Origin: the human T2T-CHM13v2.0 reference genome, Homo sapiens
Length of the DNA stretch: 64,000 nt
Assembly: GCF_009914755.1 (NCBI RefSeq)
Contig: NC_060936.1
Strand: one strand, 5' to 3'
Below are positions 41,583-58,476 of the stretch, piece by piece. The position numbers and the translations under genes are program-made. Position 1 is the stretch's first letter. Every line of letters starts with the position of its first letter. The notes under the pieces were generated by a model that was not told where the DNA came from, searched no databases, and worked only from the letters and a program-made list of their open reading frames with translations.

Positions 41583-43070
41583 TCAATTCCTAGCTACTTG
41601 AAAGGCTGAGGCAGGAGGATCACTTGGATCCAGGAGTCTGAGGCTGCAGTGAGCTGTGATTGTGCCACTGTAGTCAAACCTGGGTGACAGCAAGACTCTC
41701 ACAAAAAACAAAAAAACAAAAAAACAAAAAAATTAGAGTTGGAACGTGTTGTATAGTTAGTGACTAAAGATTTTGTGTGGGAAGGGGGACAGATTTTAGG
41801 CTTGCGTAAATGATGAAGAGAGAATTCTAGAAAGCCTAACTGAAAACATGTAGGCAGGAATGAGCGTAGCATGTTCAGGAGACTTCCTGCCAACATCTAA
41901 GGATGCGCCACTGGACCTGGGAAGTAAGAATTAATGGTGCAAGTGAGGCCTTTCATGCCAACACAAGTGTGTACGTCTCTCAGTATAGGTTTGTGAATCA
42001 AATTCTTTTTATTCTCTTCACTTTCTGTCTGTGTAATTCCCTAGTTCACATTCAAGTCTTACGTTGAACAGGCTGGTCCCTTGTTAGACATATTGTCAGC
42101 ATTCCGAGTTCTTTCTTGCCCTCACCCCAATATGGGTAATTGTTTACCATTTATCTCCACTGCTGGGTTGTGTGCTCCCTGAGAAGAAAAACCATGTCTA
42201 TCTTGATTGGCACTTTATCTGTAGCACCTGGCTATGTAAACGTTATTTCTGAATACGTTTTCTTGAGGATTTAATTTGAACAATAGTTTGCATTGTTTTT
42301 CCAGACACAACCGTCACTAGAATAACTAAAGGAACATTGAGTAGTGAAAGAGCATGGACGTAATCTAACTTCTCAGAAGTTGCTTCCTTATCTGTAAAAT
42401 AGGAGCAGTGTTAGGATTAAGTGAGATGACATGCAAAGGGGTTACGTATTTACTTCGTAGAGTCATTTATATCCCCATTTCTCATGCAGAGATGGTGCAG
42501 TGGAAAGAATACTCCAGCTGAGGATAAGCGATCAGTATTGTAGTCTTGACTTTATTGCCGTCAGGAAATGTGGCAAATTGTTTATTTCTGTGAAGCTCAG
42601 ATTGATTCTTTTTCTTAAAAATGAGGGTTTTTGACAAAACAGTATAAAGTAATTTGGAGCTCGAATGCGAGGGTGCTGCTGTAGAGTTGGCAAGTACTTT
42701 AAATACAGTTAAACAAATAGATAATGGATTATCTTCTTTAGACAAACTCGGAATATTGCCGTGTGTGGCTTTGTTATATCCAGGATCTCAAGGATATCTT
42801 AGGTAGGTTCTTTTGGGTTTAAAAATCACCATATTTCTTTTTAAAACATTTTTTTATTTTTGAAAATGGAGACTAGGTCTTGCTATGTTGCCGAGACTGG
42901 TTTTCAACTCTTGGGCTCCAGTGATTCTCTCTGCTTGACCTCCCAAAGTGCTGGGATTACAGGCGTGAGCCACTGTGCCTGGCCAGAAGTCATCATATTT
43001 CTACTTCATATTTATGATGTTGTATTGAAATATCCATTTGTGTTTATTTCCTCTAGGCTATAACATTTTA

Positions 43071-43375
<305 letters not shown>

Positions 43376-43431
43376 TTAATGTGGTAATACCTGATTGCAT
43401 ATTTCTTTCTCAGTTTCATTAGTGTGGCTGA

Positions 43432-43782
<351 letters not shown>

Positions 43783-45443
43783 TAAAGTACAAAGAGTAGA
43801 TGAATTGGCAATAGATTTTTTAGTGTTTTAAATTAATCTTGGAAATTGTTATATCAACATGTGTTTTGAGGTGTTCAGTCAAGAATGACAGTAGTCATTC
43901 TTGTCAGAAATGCATACTGAAATCATCTGATATTTTTCCTCAAAATTTCCTTAGGAAAGATCTTTTTATGATTTAATACTAATTAAACCTTCAGATGCAA
44001 TTGCTTCTTTATTAAATGGGGGGTGTTCTTCATAGTGGATTTCTTTTTTTAAACATACCATCTTTGTGTATATACATTTCTCTGGAAATGTTTGTGAAAA
44101 GGTAAAGATAACTTCCTTAGTGTAATTGTGTTGAAGTGGAATGTTTCTAGTGTTTGTGAAGATATCAATTGCTGGCTGATATTTTAAGCTGGATGAAAAA
44201 TGTGGGTGAAGTAATCTTAAAGGGTGATAGATTTGATATGAGAAATTTAAAGTAATGTGCTCAGTGCGTAGTGGTGATAAAAGAATGTAGCCTACTTGTT
44301 TTCCATAGACTATATTTCATCATTGTTGCATAAAGTCCCTTTTGGCCAATTTAGTGAATGCTGCTGGGTCTTCAGGAAAGAAAATCGTTTGTCTTTAACC
44401 AGAGAAATAATTGTGGGGATAGAAAGTAGTCTTTTTCTTGATGATAAAAATTCATTTTAGCTTTTTAAATTACAGTGGTAATAGCTTGTAGTAATAGTGG
44501 TAATATCTTGGTTTTGGCTAATGATTTTTAGTGTGCTTCCAGTTAATTTTTTTTGAATTATTTTAGTGTGACAAAGCCATATATTTTACTTGCCTTAAAA
44601 AATACTACTTAAGTTTCTCGCTAAAAATGATGAGCATTTACTACGTGCAAGGCTCTAACTAGGTTTGGGAGTTTACTCTGAATAGAGGTTTATAGGTGAC
44701 TACAAATTAACTGGATCATATGGGAGCAGAATTCCTTCCACCTTAGATGAATAAGAAGGGCCTTAGGGAAATTTGACTTATTTATAACACACACATGTAA
44801 TAAAATAGGCACTTGTCTTTACTTTTTTTTCCTAACTGAGTTTATAGACCAAAAAGCCTACAGCACCACCGCAGTTTTGAAAGCAAAATCAGGTAGCCTT
44901 ACAGAATATGATGTGTCTAAATTCCTTAATCCTGTTTAAGACCAGTTTTATAATTTGTTCTTTGTCCTTCGTAAGTAGAAAAAGTGACCACCCCATTGCC
45001 CTGGGAAGGAATGTTTGGAGTTGGATTTGATGTTGTCATTGTTAGGCTCAAATCTGTTTCAGTGGCCTAAGTTCTAAATTTGGGACAATTTCTTTCTACC
45101 CTCAGTGTTGCTTTCTATGACCTTGAATTTTTATGAAGCTAACTGACGTGTAGGAATCAAATTTAATAGTTTTTATTTTTAGTAAAACTGTCTGCCTGAA
45201 TGGGTCAAATTTTATGTAGATGTTAAATATCTCTTTTGTGTTATGCACTATGAATGTACAAAACCAAAGAACTTTTGCTTGTGTGCTACACTAGATAAAA
45301 GTTTTGCATACTAGATGAAAATGTCAGCCTGGCACGGTGACTCATGCCTGTAATCTCAGCACTTTGGGAGGCTGAGGAGGGAGGATAGCTTCAACCCAGG
45401 AGTTTGAGACCAGCCTAAGCAACAAAGTGAGATCCCATCTCTA

Positions 45444-45668
<225 letters not shown>

Positions 45669-45895
45669 TTAGTGCCATTTTGATGTATACTATAGGCTGT
45701 ATTTCAATTATTTCTTAAATCAGTAATTCATTCAAGTTTCTCCTTTGAATATATAGTAGTATGACAGTTTTTTTTTGGCATTACTGTTTTGCACTTGTTT
45801 GACTATGGGCAAATCTTAATTTATCTGAAAGAAAAGGATACGAATAACAGTTTATTAGAGTTGTAAGCATTACAGAGTTAATACACATCAAACAT

Positions 45896-46460
45896 TGTTC
45901 CAGTTATTATGGCTGCATGACAGCCCTTTTCCAACATTTAGTAGTTTAAAACGACAGCATTTATTTTACTTATGAATCTATGATTTGGGCCGGGTTCTGC
46001 AGGGTCAGCTCATTTCTGCTCTACTTGGTATCAGCTCGTGGAAGCAGCTTAAAGACTGGGGACTGGAATCAGAATGCCCACTGACTCATGTCATGTATCT
46101 GTCACATGTCTGGTGCCTGGGCTGGGAAGACTCAAAACAGCTGGGGGTCAGAACAGCTGGGGCTTCTCAGGCATCCCTCTCTAGCTCTGTGTATGTTCTT
46201 CACGGGATCTCTTCCACTTTGCGGCTTCAAGGGAGCCAGATTTCTTAAATGGTGGTTGAAGACTCCCAAGCTGAGTGTTCCAAGAGCGAGCCAGGCTGAA
46301 ACTGTGTTCCCTTTTATGACTTAGCCTTGGAAGTCTGGCATCATCACTTCTGCAGTAGTCTCAGGCCTGATTAAATTCAAGGGGAGGTAATACAGACCAC
46401 ACCTATTAGTGCTGTATAATAAGAGGAGTTAAGGATGGGGTCTTTCAAAAGTGACCATCT
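45896..46460. mobile_element. MLT1-family (MaLR) LTR
   Basis: AACATTTAGTAGTTTAAAACGACAGCATTTATTTTACTTATGAATCTATGATTTGGGC...ATTCAAGGGGAGG resembles MLT1 consensus; ends approximate. Confidence 0.6.
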
Positions 46461-47684
46461 TTTAATTTTTTTTTTTTTTAAGAGACAAGGTCTCGCTTGC
46501 TGGGTTGCCCAGGCTGGAGTACAGTGGCTATTCACAGGCACAGTCATGGCATACTGCAATGTTGAGCTCTGATACTCAAGCCATCCTACCACCTTAGCCT
46601 CCTGAGTAGCTGGGACTACAGTTGTGCATCACTGCACCTGGCATTAAAGTGGCCATCTTTTGTTTTATTTTTATTTATTTATTTTTGAGATGGATTCTTG
46701 CTCTGTCACCCAGACGGGAGTGCAGTGGCACAATCTTGCTTCACTGCACCTCTGCCTCTCGGGTTTAAGCGATCCTCCTGCCTCAGCCTCCTAAGTAGCT
46801 GGGATTACAGGCATGCGCCCCCACACCCAGCTAATTTTTGTATTTTTAGTAGAGGTAGGGTTTCACCATGTTGGCCAGGCTGGTCTCGAACTCCTGACCT
46901 CAAGTGATCCGCCCACCTCAGCCTCCCAAAGTGCTGGGATTTTTATTTTTATTGGGATGGAGTTTCACCATATTACACAGGTTGGTCTTGAACTCCTGGA
47001 TTCAAGTGATGTGTCTGCCTCGACCTCCCAAAGTGCTGGGATTACAGGCAAGAGCAACTGCTCCTGGCCAAAAGTGGCCATCTTTAAAAAAATACGATCT
47101 CACACAAGCACATAGAACAATGCAGGATATATAGCAAATGCTGTGTTAGCTGTTAATATAAAAAGTAGAAACAAGATTTAGAGTGCCTTTTGCTATTTTA
47201 TATAGTAGGTTACATAATTGCTTTTTTCCCCTTAATAGTCATAACCTGTAACAAGCAAGGTTGTTAATGGTTTTCTTTTTCTTTTTTTTTTGTTGTTAAT
47301 GGTTTTCTTGAAGTACCTGTTTCATTTGGTTGTTTTAACTTTTAATCCCTTTGTCAAGCCTAGACTAAATATTAGGGCAAATAATTATAATCTGTTCCAA
47401 TGAATGGAGACGAGAAATGGTAACTCAAGTAAAGAATTTTTACTCTTAGAGTTGTGCATTAGGTGTACAACTTCAGAGTTCTTAAGATATAGGGGATTCT
47501 TAAATGCTTTTGCAATGTTTTGAATTTTACCCTTTAAGAAATTGATTATAAGGGCGGGAGAGACATAGTGTAATCTTTCTAGTATAAGTGGCAGTTTTAT
47601 AGATGAAAGGAATATCACCTGTTAGCTGAATGATAGTTTACCTGTTAATATGATTAGATTAGGATTTCCTTTGTATCATTGTAA

Positions 47685-47927
<243 letters not shown>

Positions 47928-49468
47928 TAGTAAAGATGGAGTTTCACTGTGTTAGCCAGGATGGTCTCGATCTCCTGACCTCGTGATCCACCCGCCTCAG
48001 CCTCCCAAAGTGCTGGGATTACAGGCGTGAGCCACCGTGCCCGGCCGACTTAACGTTCTTTCTTAAAAGTTTTTTTGTAGAGATGGGGTCTTGTCATGTT
48101 GCCCAGGCTGGTCTCGAACTCTTGGCCTCAAGCAGTCCTCTCACCTTGGCCTCCCAACATGTTGGGATTATAGGCATGAACCACTGTGCCTGACCTATAT
48201 ACTTTTTTTTTTTTTTTGAGAAGGAGTCTTGCTCTTTTGCTCAGGCTGGAGTGCAGTGGCTCGATTGAGCTCAGCTCACTGTAGCCTCCGCTTCCTGGGT
48301 TCAAACGATTCTCCTGCCTCAGCCTCCTGTGTAGCTGGGATTACAGGCACGCGACACCATGCCCAGCTAATTTTTGTGTTTTTATTAGAGATGGGGTTTT
48401 GCCATGTTGGCTAGGCTGGTCTCAAACTCCCAACCTCAGGTGATCCACCCGCCTTGGCCTCCCAAAGTGCTGGGATTATAGGCGTGAGCCACCGCACCCG
48501 GACAAATGAATTTAAATTTGAAGTGGGTGTTTGTGGATGATACATGTTTATGTCAGTTTTAGCATCCAGTTTCTTTCTTTCTTTGTTTTTTGAGACAGAG
48601 TATTGCTCTGTCACCCGGGCTGGAGTGCGGTGGAGGCGGGATCACAGCTCACTGCAAACTCCACCTCCACGGCTCAAGTGATTCTCCCCCCCTCGGCCTC
48701 CCAAAGTGCTGGGATTACAGGCTTGATCCACCATGCCTGGCCCCCAGTTTATGTCTTTATTCTGTTTTGGCTGCTTGGTTCTGCAAATCTGATTTGGAGA
48801 TATGGACAGTCTCCATGTCTCCATGTGTACCTTAGTTTGTTCTTTTTTAAAAATGGAGACGGGGTCTCGCCATGTTGCCAGGCTGATCTCCAACTCCTGA
48901 GCTCAAGCCGTTCGCCGCCTCTGCCTCTCAAAGTGCTGGGATTAACAGATGTGAGCAACTGCGCTGACCACATTAGTTCTACTGATTTAGGAACAGGGAT
49001 TAGTAGTAAGGACGTTTTATTTGGAAGACAACATTGTTTATTGACTTTAATTGTTTTCACTTCCTGTCACAAATGCAAAAGTGACCAGAACCTCACACTG
49101 AACTCTTAATACTGTTTTATGTCAACTTTTAATTGTTACCACACACACACACTTGGCTAGACCCTTAAGTGAAGGGAGGATTCACAAAGTAATTGTGGGG
49201 AAAGGTCTTTAATTGGTTAAGGTATAAGGTATACGATTTGCAAGCATGATTTTATGTGAATGAAGATGTGAAGGCTTAAATTAGGGTGGTAGAAACACCA
49301 GTGCAGCAGAGCCGTAGCCTTTTTACTCAGTGATGTATTCATAGAAAATTCTGAAATTCGTAGATTTTAGTTTTTTTGAATGTCAATAAATTATGCTTGA
49401 TTTCAGGTTATATACTCTAAATCCTTCAAGTCCTTGTCCTCTACCTTCCTTTAAAGTTAGATATTACA

Positions 49469-49500
49469 GTGCTTGCTTTGGCGGCACATACACTAAAAAA
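49469..49500 (+). pseudogene. 3'-truncated U6 retrocopy (first ~30 nt)
   Basis: GTGCTTGCTTTGGCGGCACATACACTAAAA matches the U6 5' end; flanked by a degenerate 16-bp TSD AAAGTTAGATATTACA (49453-49468) / AAAGTTGGACATTTCA (49504-49519). Confidence 0.85.
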
Positions 49501-49743
49501 AATAAAGTTGGACATTTCAGTAGGCTAGACCTCACCAAAGATACGGCAGGTGGGTGGAGGGGGGAGAACGACCCAAAGTTACCAAGGAGGAGCTACAACA
49601 CAAATGAATTTGCTCACAGAACTGAAAAGAAGACTGCCGATAAGGCTTGCCCCTATCCATTTGACCTCAGACTGAATTTCAAATTCAGCAGTTAACCTCA
49701 GAATAAAATAAAAGTATTCCCGTTTAGAAACATATTCTTTTGA

Positions 49744-49953
<210 letters not shown>

Positions 49954-50724
49954 TAAGAGACAGGGTCTTGCTATGTTGCCCAGGTTGCTCTTGAACTTCC
50001 AGCTTCTAGAAATCCTCCCGCTCCAGCCTCCCAAGTTGCTGGGATTGTAGGCGTGAGCCACTGCGCCTGGCAGAAGTCATATTTCAATAGCCCTTTAAGA
50101 TAATTGTGTTGCTATTTGGTAATAAGACAACACTTGGCAAGTGGTAGTTTCTTAAAGATTATTTGCAATGTGTAATCAGAAACCATGTTAGTGAACTTTT
50201 CTCAGTTACTTTAAGACCATAGTTTTGTCCTTCTCAGTCATGGTAACATAAGCATCCATGTATTGCTTCCTATGCTCATGCACCTTGTCATTTAGCAAAG
50301 TGATCTTTATAACTTTCTCAGTATTGGCAACCCTGTCAGCCCTGGTCACGTCCACCAAGCAGATACTTGCCTAGAAGTAATTTAAGACTCAAAGTTGGGG
50401 CTGTTCTGGATGTATGAGTGAGACAGGCTTCGAATTTCCAAAGGAAACCATTTTTATAAAATCATACAGTTGATCGCTCTAGCTGTTGGGTGGAAAACTG
50501 GTCTGCTAGATAGTTTCTAAACTAAGGGAAAAGAGGAAAAGGAGAATGTTGTTGATGTTGAAAATATCTCAGGTTGCTCCCTAAATATTCCATTGACATC
50601 TCTAACAACGTGTGTGTAGGTGTTTTTTAAACTTAAAAATTTGGTTTACCATTTTACCATATGAAACAATTTCTTAGATGGTCTCATCAGTTTCAGTTGG
50701 GTAACAATACTAGTCAAAGAGATC

Positions 50725-52499
<1,775 letters not shown>

Positions 52500-52519
52500 C
52501 TAGTCAGAGAGATCTTTTC

Positions 52520-52690
52520 GGTTCCTACTAGTCAAAATGTCACAGCAGCATCAAGCGGGCACTTGTTAGAAATGCTTTATCTCAGGACCTACCCTAAACC
52601 TGCTGAATCAGAATCTGCAGTTAATAATACTGAATGCAGAATCTGCATTTGATTTGTATACACATGAAAGTTTGAGAAACACTGCTTTAG
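52520..52690. mobile_element. MER5-type hAT-Charlie DNA transposon remnant
   Basis: CTTGTTAGAAATGC...AACCTGCTGAATCAGAATCTGCA...AAGTTTGAGAAACACTG. Confidence 0.6.
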
Positions 52691-55600
52691 ATTATCTAAG
52701 CTATCTGCATAGTGTGAGTGTATTGTCTGGCTTAGGTATTCTTCCAAATATCAGGGTGTATAGGTCTTCACATTTCATGAAATCAGTAGGTGTTCATTGA
52801 AAAGGAGAATTAACTGTGTGAAAAAATTTAACATATGTATGGTCCTAGAAATACTATAAGTTTAGGTGGATTGTCTCTTGTTACATAACGTATTATAGGA
52901 GGAAGGGCACTGCTTTCTGTGAAATTGCTATCTAGCTCAGGGTCCTGTCACAATCAGAAGTTACCTGTCATTTGTTTTCTGTCCTCTACTGTTGCATCAG
53001 GTCTGTTGCCTTCATCAGTCGAGAGAATGGAGAGGACCACTGGTGGCAGCATGGGTCTGGGGCCAAAAGGGAGCCTAGAGGCTTAGGATTGGATACTTCC
53101 TAGAAGTTGGAGGAGCCTAAGAGGGGTTGTGAAGCAGAACTTCTGTTGGCCCTGTTCAGCTTGGGGGAGACTCTGTGTGGGATGTCTTGAGTGTTCCAGG
53201 ACGTGCCTCTCACCTTGTCTGCCATTGTATTCACAGCTTAGTCCCCAGTGGTAGGCAAAGCTCATGCTCTTAACATTTACATTATGCTGTCTTTATGAGG
53301 AGCTATATCCACATGAAGTATTGTTTCAAGTGTGTGATATCACACATAGACTCAACAATGATTACCGTTACCAGATTTTGGACTTTTTTATATGGTTCCT
53401 TTTCTTTGGCAAAGGTAATAAGCAAAAGTACATGAAGTACTATGTAGACAGACAGATTCCATAATGATGTTTCGCAGCTATATAAATCTCTCTTAACCTT
53501 ACTGTGTCCAGTTAAAAAAAATCGATTTGGTTTTCAACTAATTTTGGACTTTTTAATAAAAGCAGTATAGGTACAGCATGGTTAAAATGGTATAAAAGGG
53601 TATATACAGTGAAAGATAAGTTTCTCTCCCACTCTTCCCTTCCCCCAAATATTTACTAGGTTTCGTATATCTTTCTGTGCCCTTGGAGACTAGCTATGTC
53701 TCTGTCTCCCTCCCCAACTTAGGTATGCAAATTGGATCATTACTACCCTGCACTTGTGTGTGTTTTACTTAACTATACCTTGGAGATTGTTCCATATCAC
53801 ATTGAGTTTTTATTGCTTTTCCTGAGATTGTTTATAAATTGGTTATGATTGGTTGTTCACTTAGAATTATTAGTATTTGCCTTGGAGTTAAATTAGTATA
53901 GTTTATGTAAGTATGTGCTTTACAGTTGAATGTTTTAAAATATTTAAAGCAAGTGATAGGGAAAATAGGTAACCATTTCAGGGTTAAGGGCCTCATGAAA
54001 CTTGAAATTTCTTTTTTTTTCTTTTTTTTGAGACAGAGTCTCGCTCTGTTGCCCAGGCTGGAGTGCAGTGGTGCGATCTGGGCTCACCGCAAGCTCTGCC
54101 TCCTGGGTTCATGCCATTCTCCTGCCTTAGCCTCCTGAGTAGCTGGGACTACAGGCTCCTGCCACTATGCCTGGCTAATTTTTTGTGTTTTTAATAGAGA
54201 CAGGGTTTCACTGTGTTAGCCAGGCTGGTCTCGATCTCCTGACCTCGTGATCCGCCCGCCTCAGCCTCCCAAACTGCTGGGATTACAGGCGTGAGCCACC
54301 GCGCCCGGCCGGGGGAAACTTGAAATTTCTAGGGTTTAAATAAAATATGTATTTCGGTATAGAAAAACCACCATACCCAAGGTTAGTCTTGCAACAACAA
54401 ACAATATATGTATATTCAGATATTCAAGAGCTGATTCACATTTGAGAGTTTTACAGAGATTACAGAGTTTTAGAATGAAGCCTTAGAGTTGCACTTTAGA
54501 ATCTATATTGACTAGGCAGGTAAATATATATTTATTGCATTTAACTAACTAGGTAGGTAGATAGATGAGCTTAAATACTAGAATATCCTTTAAAGGAAAA
54601 CCTGAGACATTTTTCATATCTGAAGCATCCTACAAAAATATCTTTGCTTTTAAAAATGGATACGTTTCTAGCATGGGCAGCAAAACAAGACTCTGCCGCT
54701 ACAAAAAAATAGAAAAATTAGCTCGGTGCAGTGGCTAATGCCTGTAGTCCCAGTACTTTGGGAGGCCAAGGCAGGAGGATTGCTTGAGCCCAGCCTGGAC
54801 AACATAAAGAGACCTCATCTCTACAGAAATTTAAAAAATTTAGTTGGCCATAGTGGTGCACACCTGTAGGCCCGGCTACTCAGGAGGCTGAGGTGGGAGG
54901 ATCACTTGAGCCTGGTAGGTCAAGGCTGCAATGAGCCGTGATAGCACCACCGCACTATAGGCTTGGCAACGGAGTGAAGACCCTGTCTTAACATCCCCCC
55001 ACCCCTCACAATAGGTACATTTGATGTTAGACACAGATCATTATAAAGCTTACTTAAGCTAACAAAATTCATGTAAATTTTCTCAGGTGTGAGTGAATAG
55101 GTTGTATTGGTATATAGGTGAACGTTCTTTTTGTTTTTTGAGACAGAGTCTCGCTCTGTCGCCCAGGCTCGAGTGCAGTGGCGTTACCTTGGCTCACTGC
55201 AACCTCCTACTGCAACCTCCTCCTCCCAGGTTCAAGCAATTCTCTGTCTCAGCCTCCCGAGTAGCTGGGATTACAGGCGTGTGCCACCATGCCCAGCTGA
55301 TTTTTGTATTTTTAGTAGAGACGTGGTTTCACCATCTTGATCAGGCTGGTCTTGAACTCCTGACCTTGTGATCCACCCACCTCGGCCTCCCAGAGTGCTG
55401 GGATTATAGGCGTGAGCCACCACGCCCGGCCTGAAAGTTTTTTTTTTTTTTTGAGACGGAGTCTAGCTCTGTCGCCCAGGTTGGAGTCCAGTGCCGCTAT
55501 CTCTGCTCACAGCAGTCTCCGCCTCCTGGGTTCACACCATTCTCCTGCCTCAGTCTCCCGAGTAGCTGGGACTGCAGGCGCACACTACCATGCCTGGCTA

Positions 55601-56191
55601 ATTTTTTATATTTTTAGTAGAGACAGGGTTTCACCATGTTAGCCAGGATGGTCTCGATCTCCTGACCTTGTGATCTGCCTGCTGCGGCCTCCCAAAGTGC
55701 TGCGATTACAGGCATGTGCCACTGTGCCCGGCCTGAATGTTCTTTTTTTTTAAGAAGGTATATACTGTGGTTGATTGTCATGATGCCTGCAATTTTAAAA
55801 TGATTCAGAGAAACAGATTACAGATAGCAAATAGGGTAAAATGTTAATTGAATTCAGATTTAGCTGTATTTTGTGTCTTTGAACTTTTCCATGATAAAAA
55901 CTTGGCGGGAGGGAAACATACCTCTTTAAAGTTAATATAATTTTCACAACTTGACTTGTGTTGTTTCTTAAATTGCAAGCAGATACACACCTTTTCATAG
56001 ATTTAATCTGAAAACATTCTTTCTCTTGACCCTTATGATTGAAGTGACTTTCATGTAATTTATTTATTGAGAAGATTTTGAAAAAAGAAAATAAGTGAAT
56101 TGCTTTTAAAATGAAGGCGGAAGTGTGATACATTTTATTAAGATGTGAATTTTTGAGCATTTTGACCACTAGTATATACTTTTTTTAGTAA

Positions 56192-56603
<412 letters not shown>

Positions 56604-57289
56604 TAGTAAATAAAAAGTAAAAGGGATTGATTGGCATTTTCAGTCTTTTTTTTTATGGCTAGAGATGAGTTAAAAAAATAAAATTTTAGGGCTAGGAAAA
56701 GATTTTTTATTTGGACTTTAGAAAAATCAGAGACCAGTTTTCTCTCTTCTGCTTTTTTATTTAGCTGGGAAAATACTGCAAAATTTCCCCAATTCTTTGA
56801 CATGAAAAGAAGTAGGATGTGGCAGCAGTTATATTTTCAGATTAATGAATAGAAGAGATTTCAGGTCAACAAGTGATTTGCAGAGCTATAAAGATAATGC
56901 TTTGATTGTGAATTATTTACAGCTGGAAACTCTTACTTTCTTATGCTTCTTTGAACTGTGGAAGGGATGAGATGTGATAAGCTGTGTGTGTGGGGGTGTG
57001 GGTGTGGTTTGTTTTCTGTAAGATGTAGTATTGAGTTCATGCCTGCCAAAAGTTGCTTAAATTATTCCATTTCTGATTTTGAGGTACTGTCGTGTTTCTG
57101 TCTTGATTTGTACTTCATTGCCAACTAATTAATTTAAAAGCATTGTTGTTTTCTCATGGAGAATATGGTTACTATGCTTTGTTCACATGGAGCAGAATGT
57201 CAAGTGGTAATCTTAATTAAATATTTATAAGATCATATTCATGTTAGTGAATTTCTAGGAATAACACAGCCTTTTTTCTTCTTTTGTAG

Positions 57290-57497
57290 CATAAGCAGTA
57301 CTATAATGGATGTAGACAGCACAATTTCCAGTGGGCGTTCAACTCCAGCAATGATGAATGGACAAGGAAGCACTACTTCTTCAAGCAAAAATATTGCCTA
57401 TAATTGTTGTTGGGACCAGTGCCAGGCTTGCTTCAACTCTAGCCCAGATCTGGCAGATCACATCCGTTCCATACATGTAGATGGTCAGCGAGGAGGG
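57290..57497 (+). CDS. AEBP2: AEBP2 exon 2 (208 nt), including C2H2 zinc finger 1
   Basis: Polypyrimidine tract plus TAG acceptor ending 57289; encodes (S)[26 protein letters not shown]...[31 protein letters not shown] (C-x4-C-x12-H-x4-H); donor GGG|GTTGGT; 671+208=879 nt, a whole number of codons. Confidence 0.96.
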
Positions 57498-58445
57498 GTT
57501 GGTTTTGTCATTTCTTTTTTTCGCTCCCTGTTTTCGTTAGTTTTATTAATTTATAATTGCTAGTTAGGCTTTTTTGCTGAAAGTAATTTGGGATTATTTT
57601 TACACAGGCTTAGTTTTTTCAAGTGAATTTTTAATAATTATTTCCCATATACTTGATAGAATCAAATAAAAATAGGGTATGTGCTGGATTTTAGTTTGTT
57701 TTTAGATACGTTATTTTGAAGAAATTAGACTTTTAAAAGTATAGTAGGTGACAGTATTATTAATGAATACAGTGTATTCCAGGGTTCTGATGTTTTGAGT
57801 TGAGAACATTTAGAATTAGCACTTTCTTGATTTTCCTTTGTTAGAGGATCCTAAATTATTCCTGACGCTTAAATTAACTGGGGAGACTATTGGTACCAGG
57901 ATTAGTGTATGCAATTCTATTAAATAACAACCTGAACTCATTATTTGTGAGTGAGAATTGATCATCTTTCCCAGGTCTTGTCAGAGCTGATTTAGATGGA
58001 AAGTTCTGATTAGTTAGTATTGACCTATATGTCCTTTCAGGAATACATTTAATTGTGTCAGTTCATGTAACTTCTATTAGGTACTGAATAAAGAGCTAAG
58101 CAAATTGGGTAAGCCAAAAGTAATGTGCCAAAATATTAATTTATACATTGTTTCAACTTTACCTAGAATTTTGTTGAATAGTTATCACACTTAGTGCATT
58201 TTTCAGAAATTAATGTCACAGTGTAAGGGCAGGTAATTTATTAATATTAGGCCACACATTTCCTATCAGCCTGGCATCACTATTGAAGAACAGATAACTA
58301 ACACAGTAAAAATCATCATGGTTTAAGTTAGTGGGTAACTGTTTCCAAGGTTCTGTTGATATTTAGAGTATAGTATTGATCTTTTTTTTTTAAACATCCA
58401 ACCGGGTCAACGTTTCTAACATTTTAAGCAGTGATGTCATACTTG

Positions 58446-58476
<31 letters not shown>

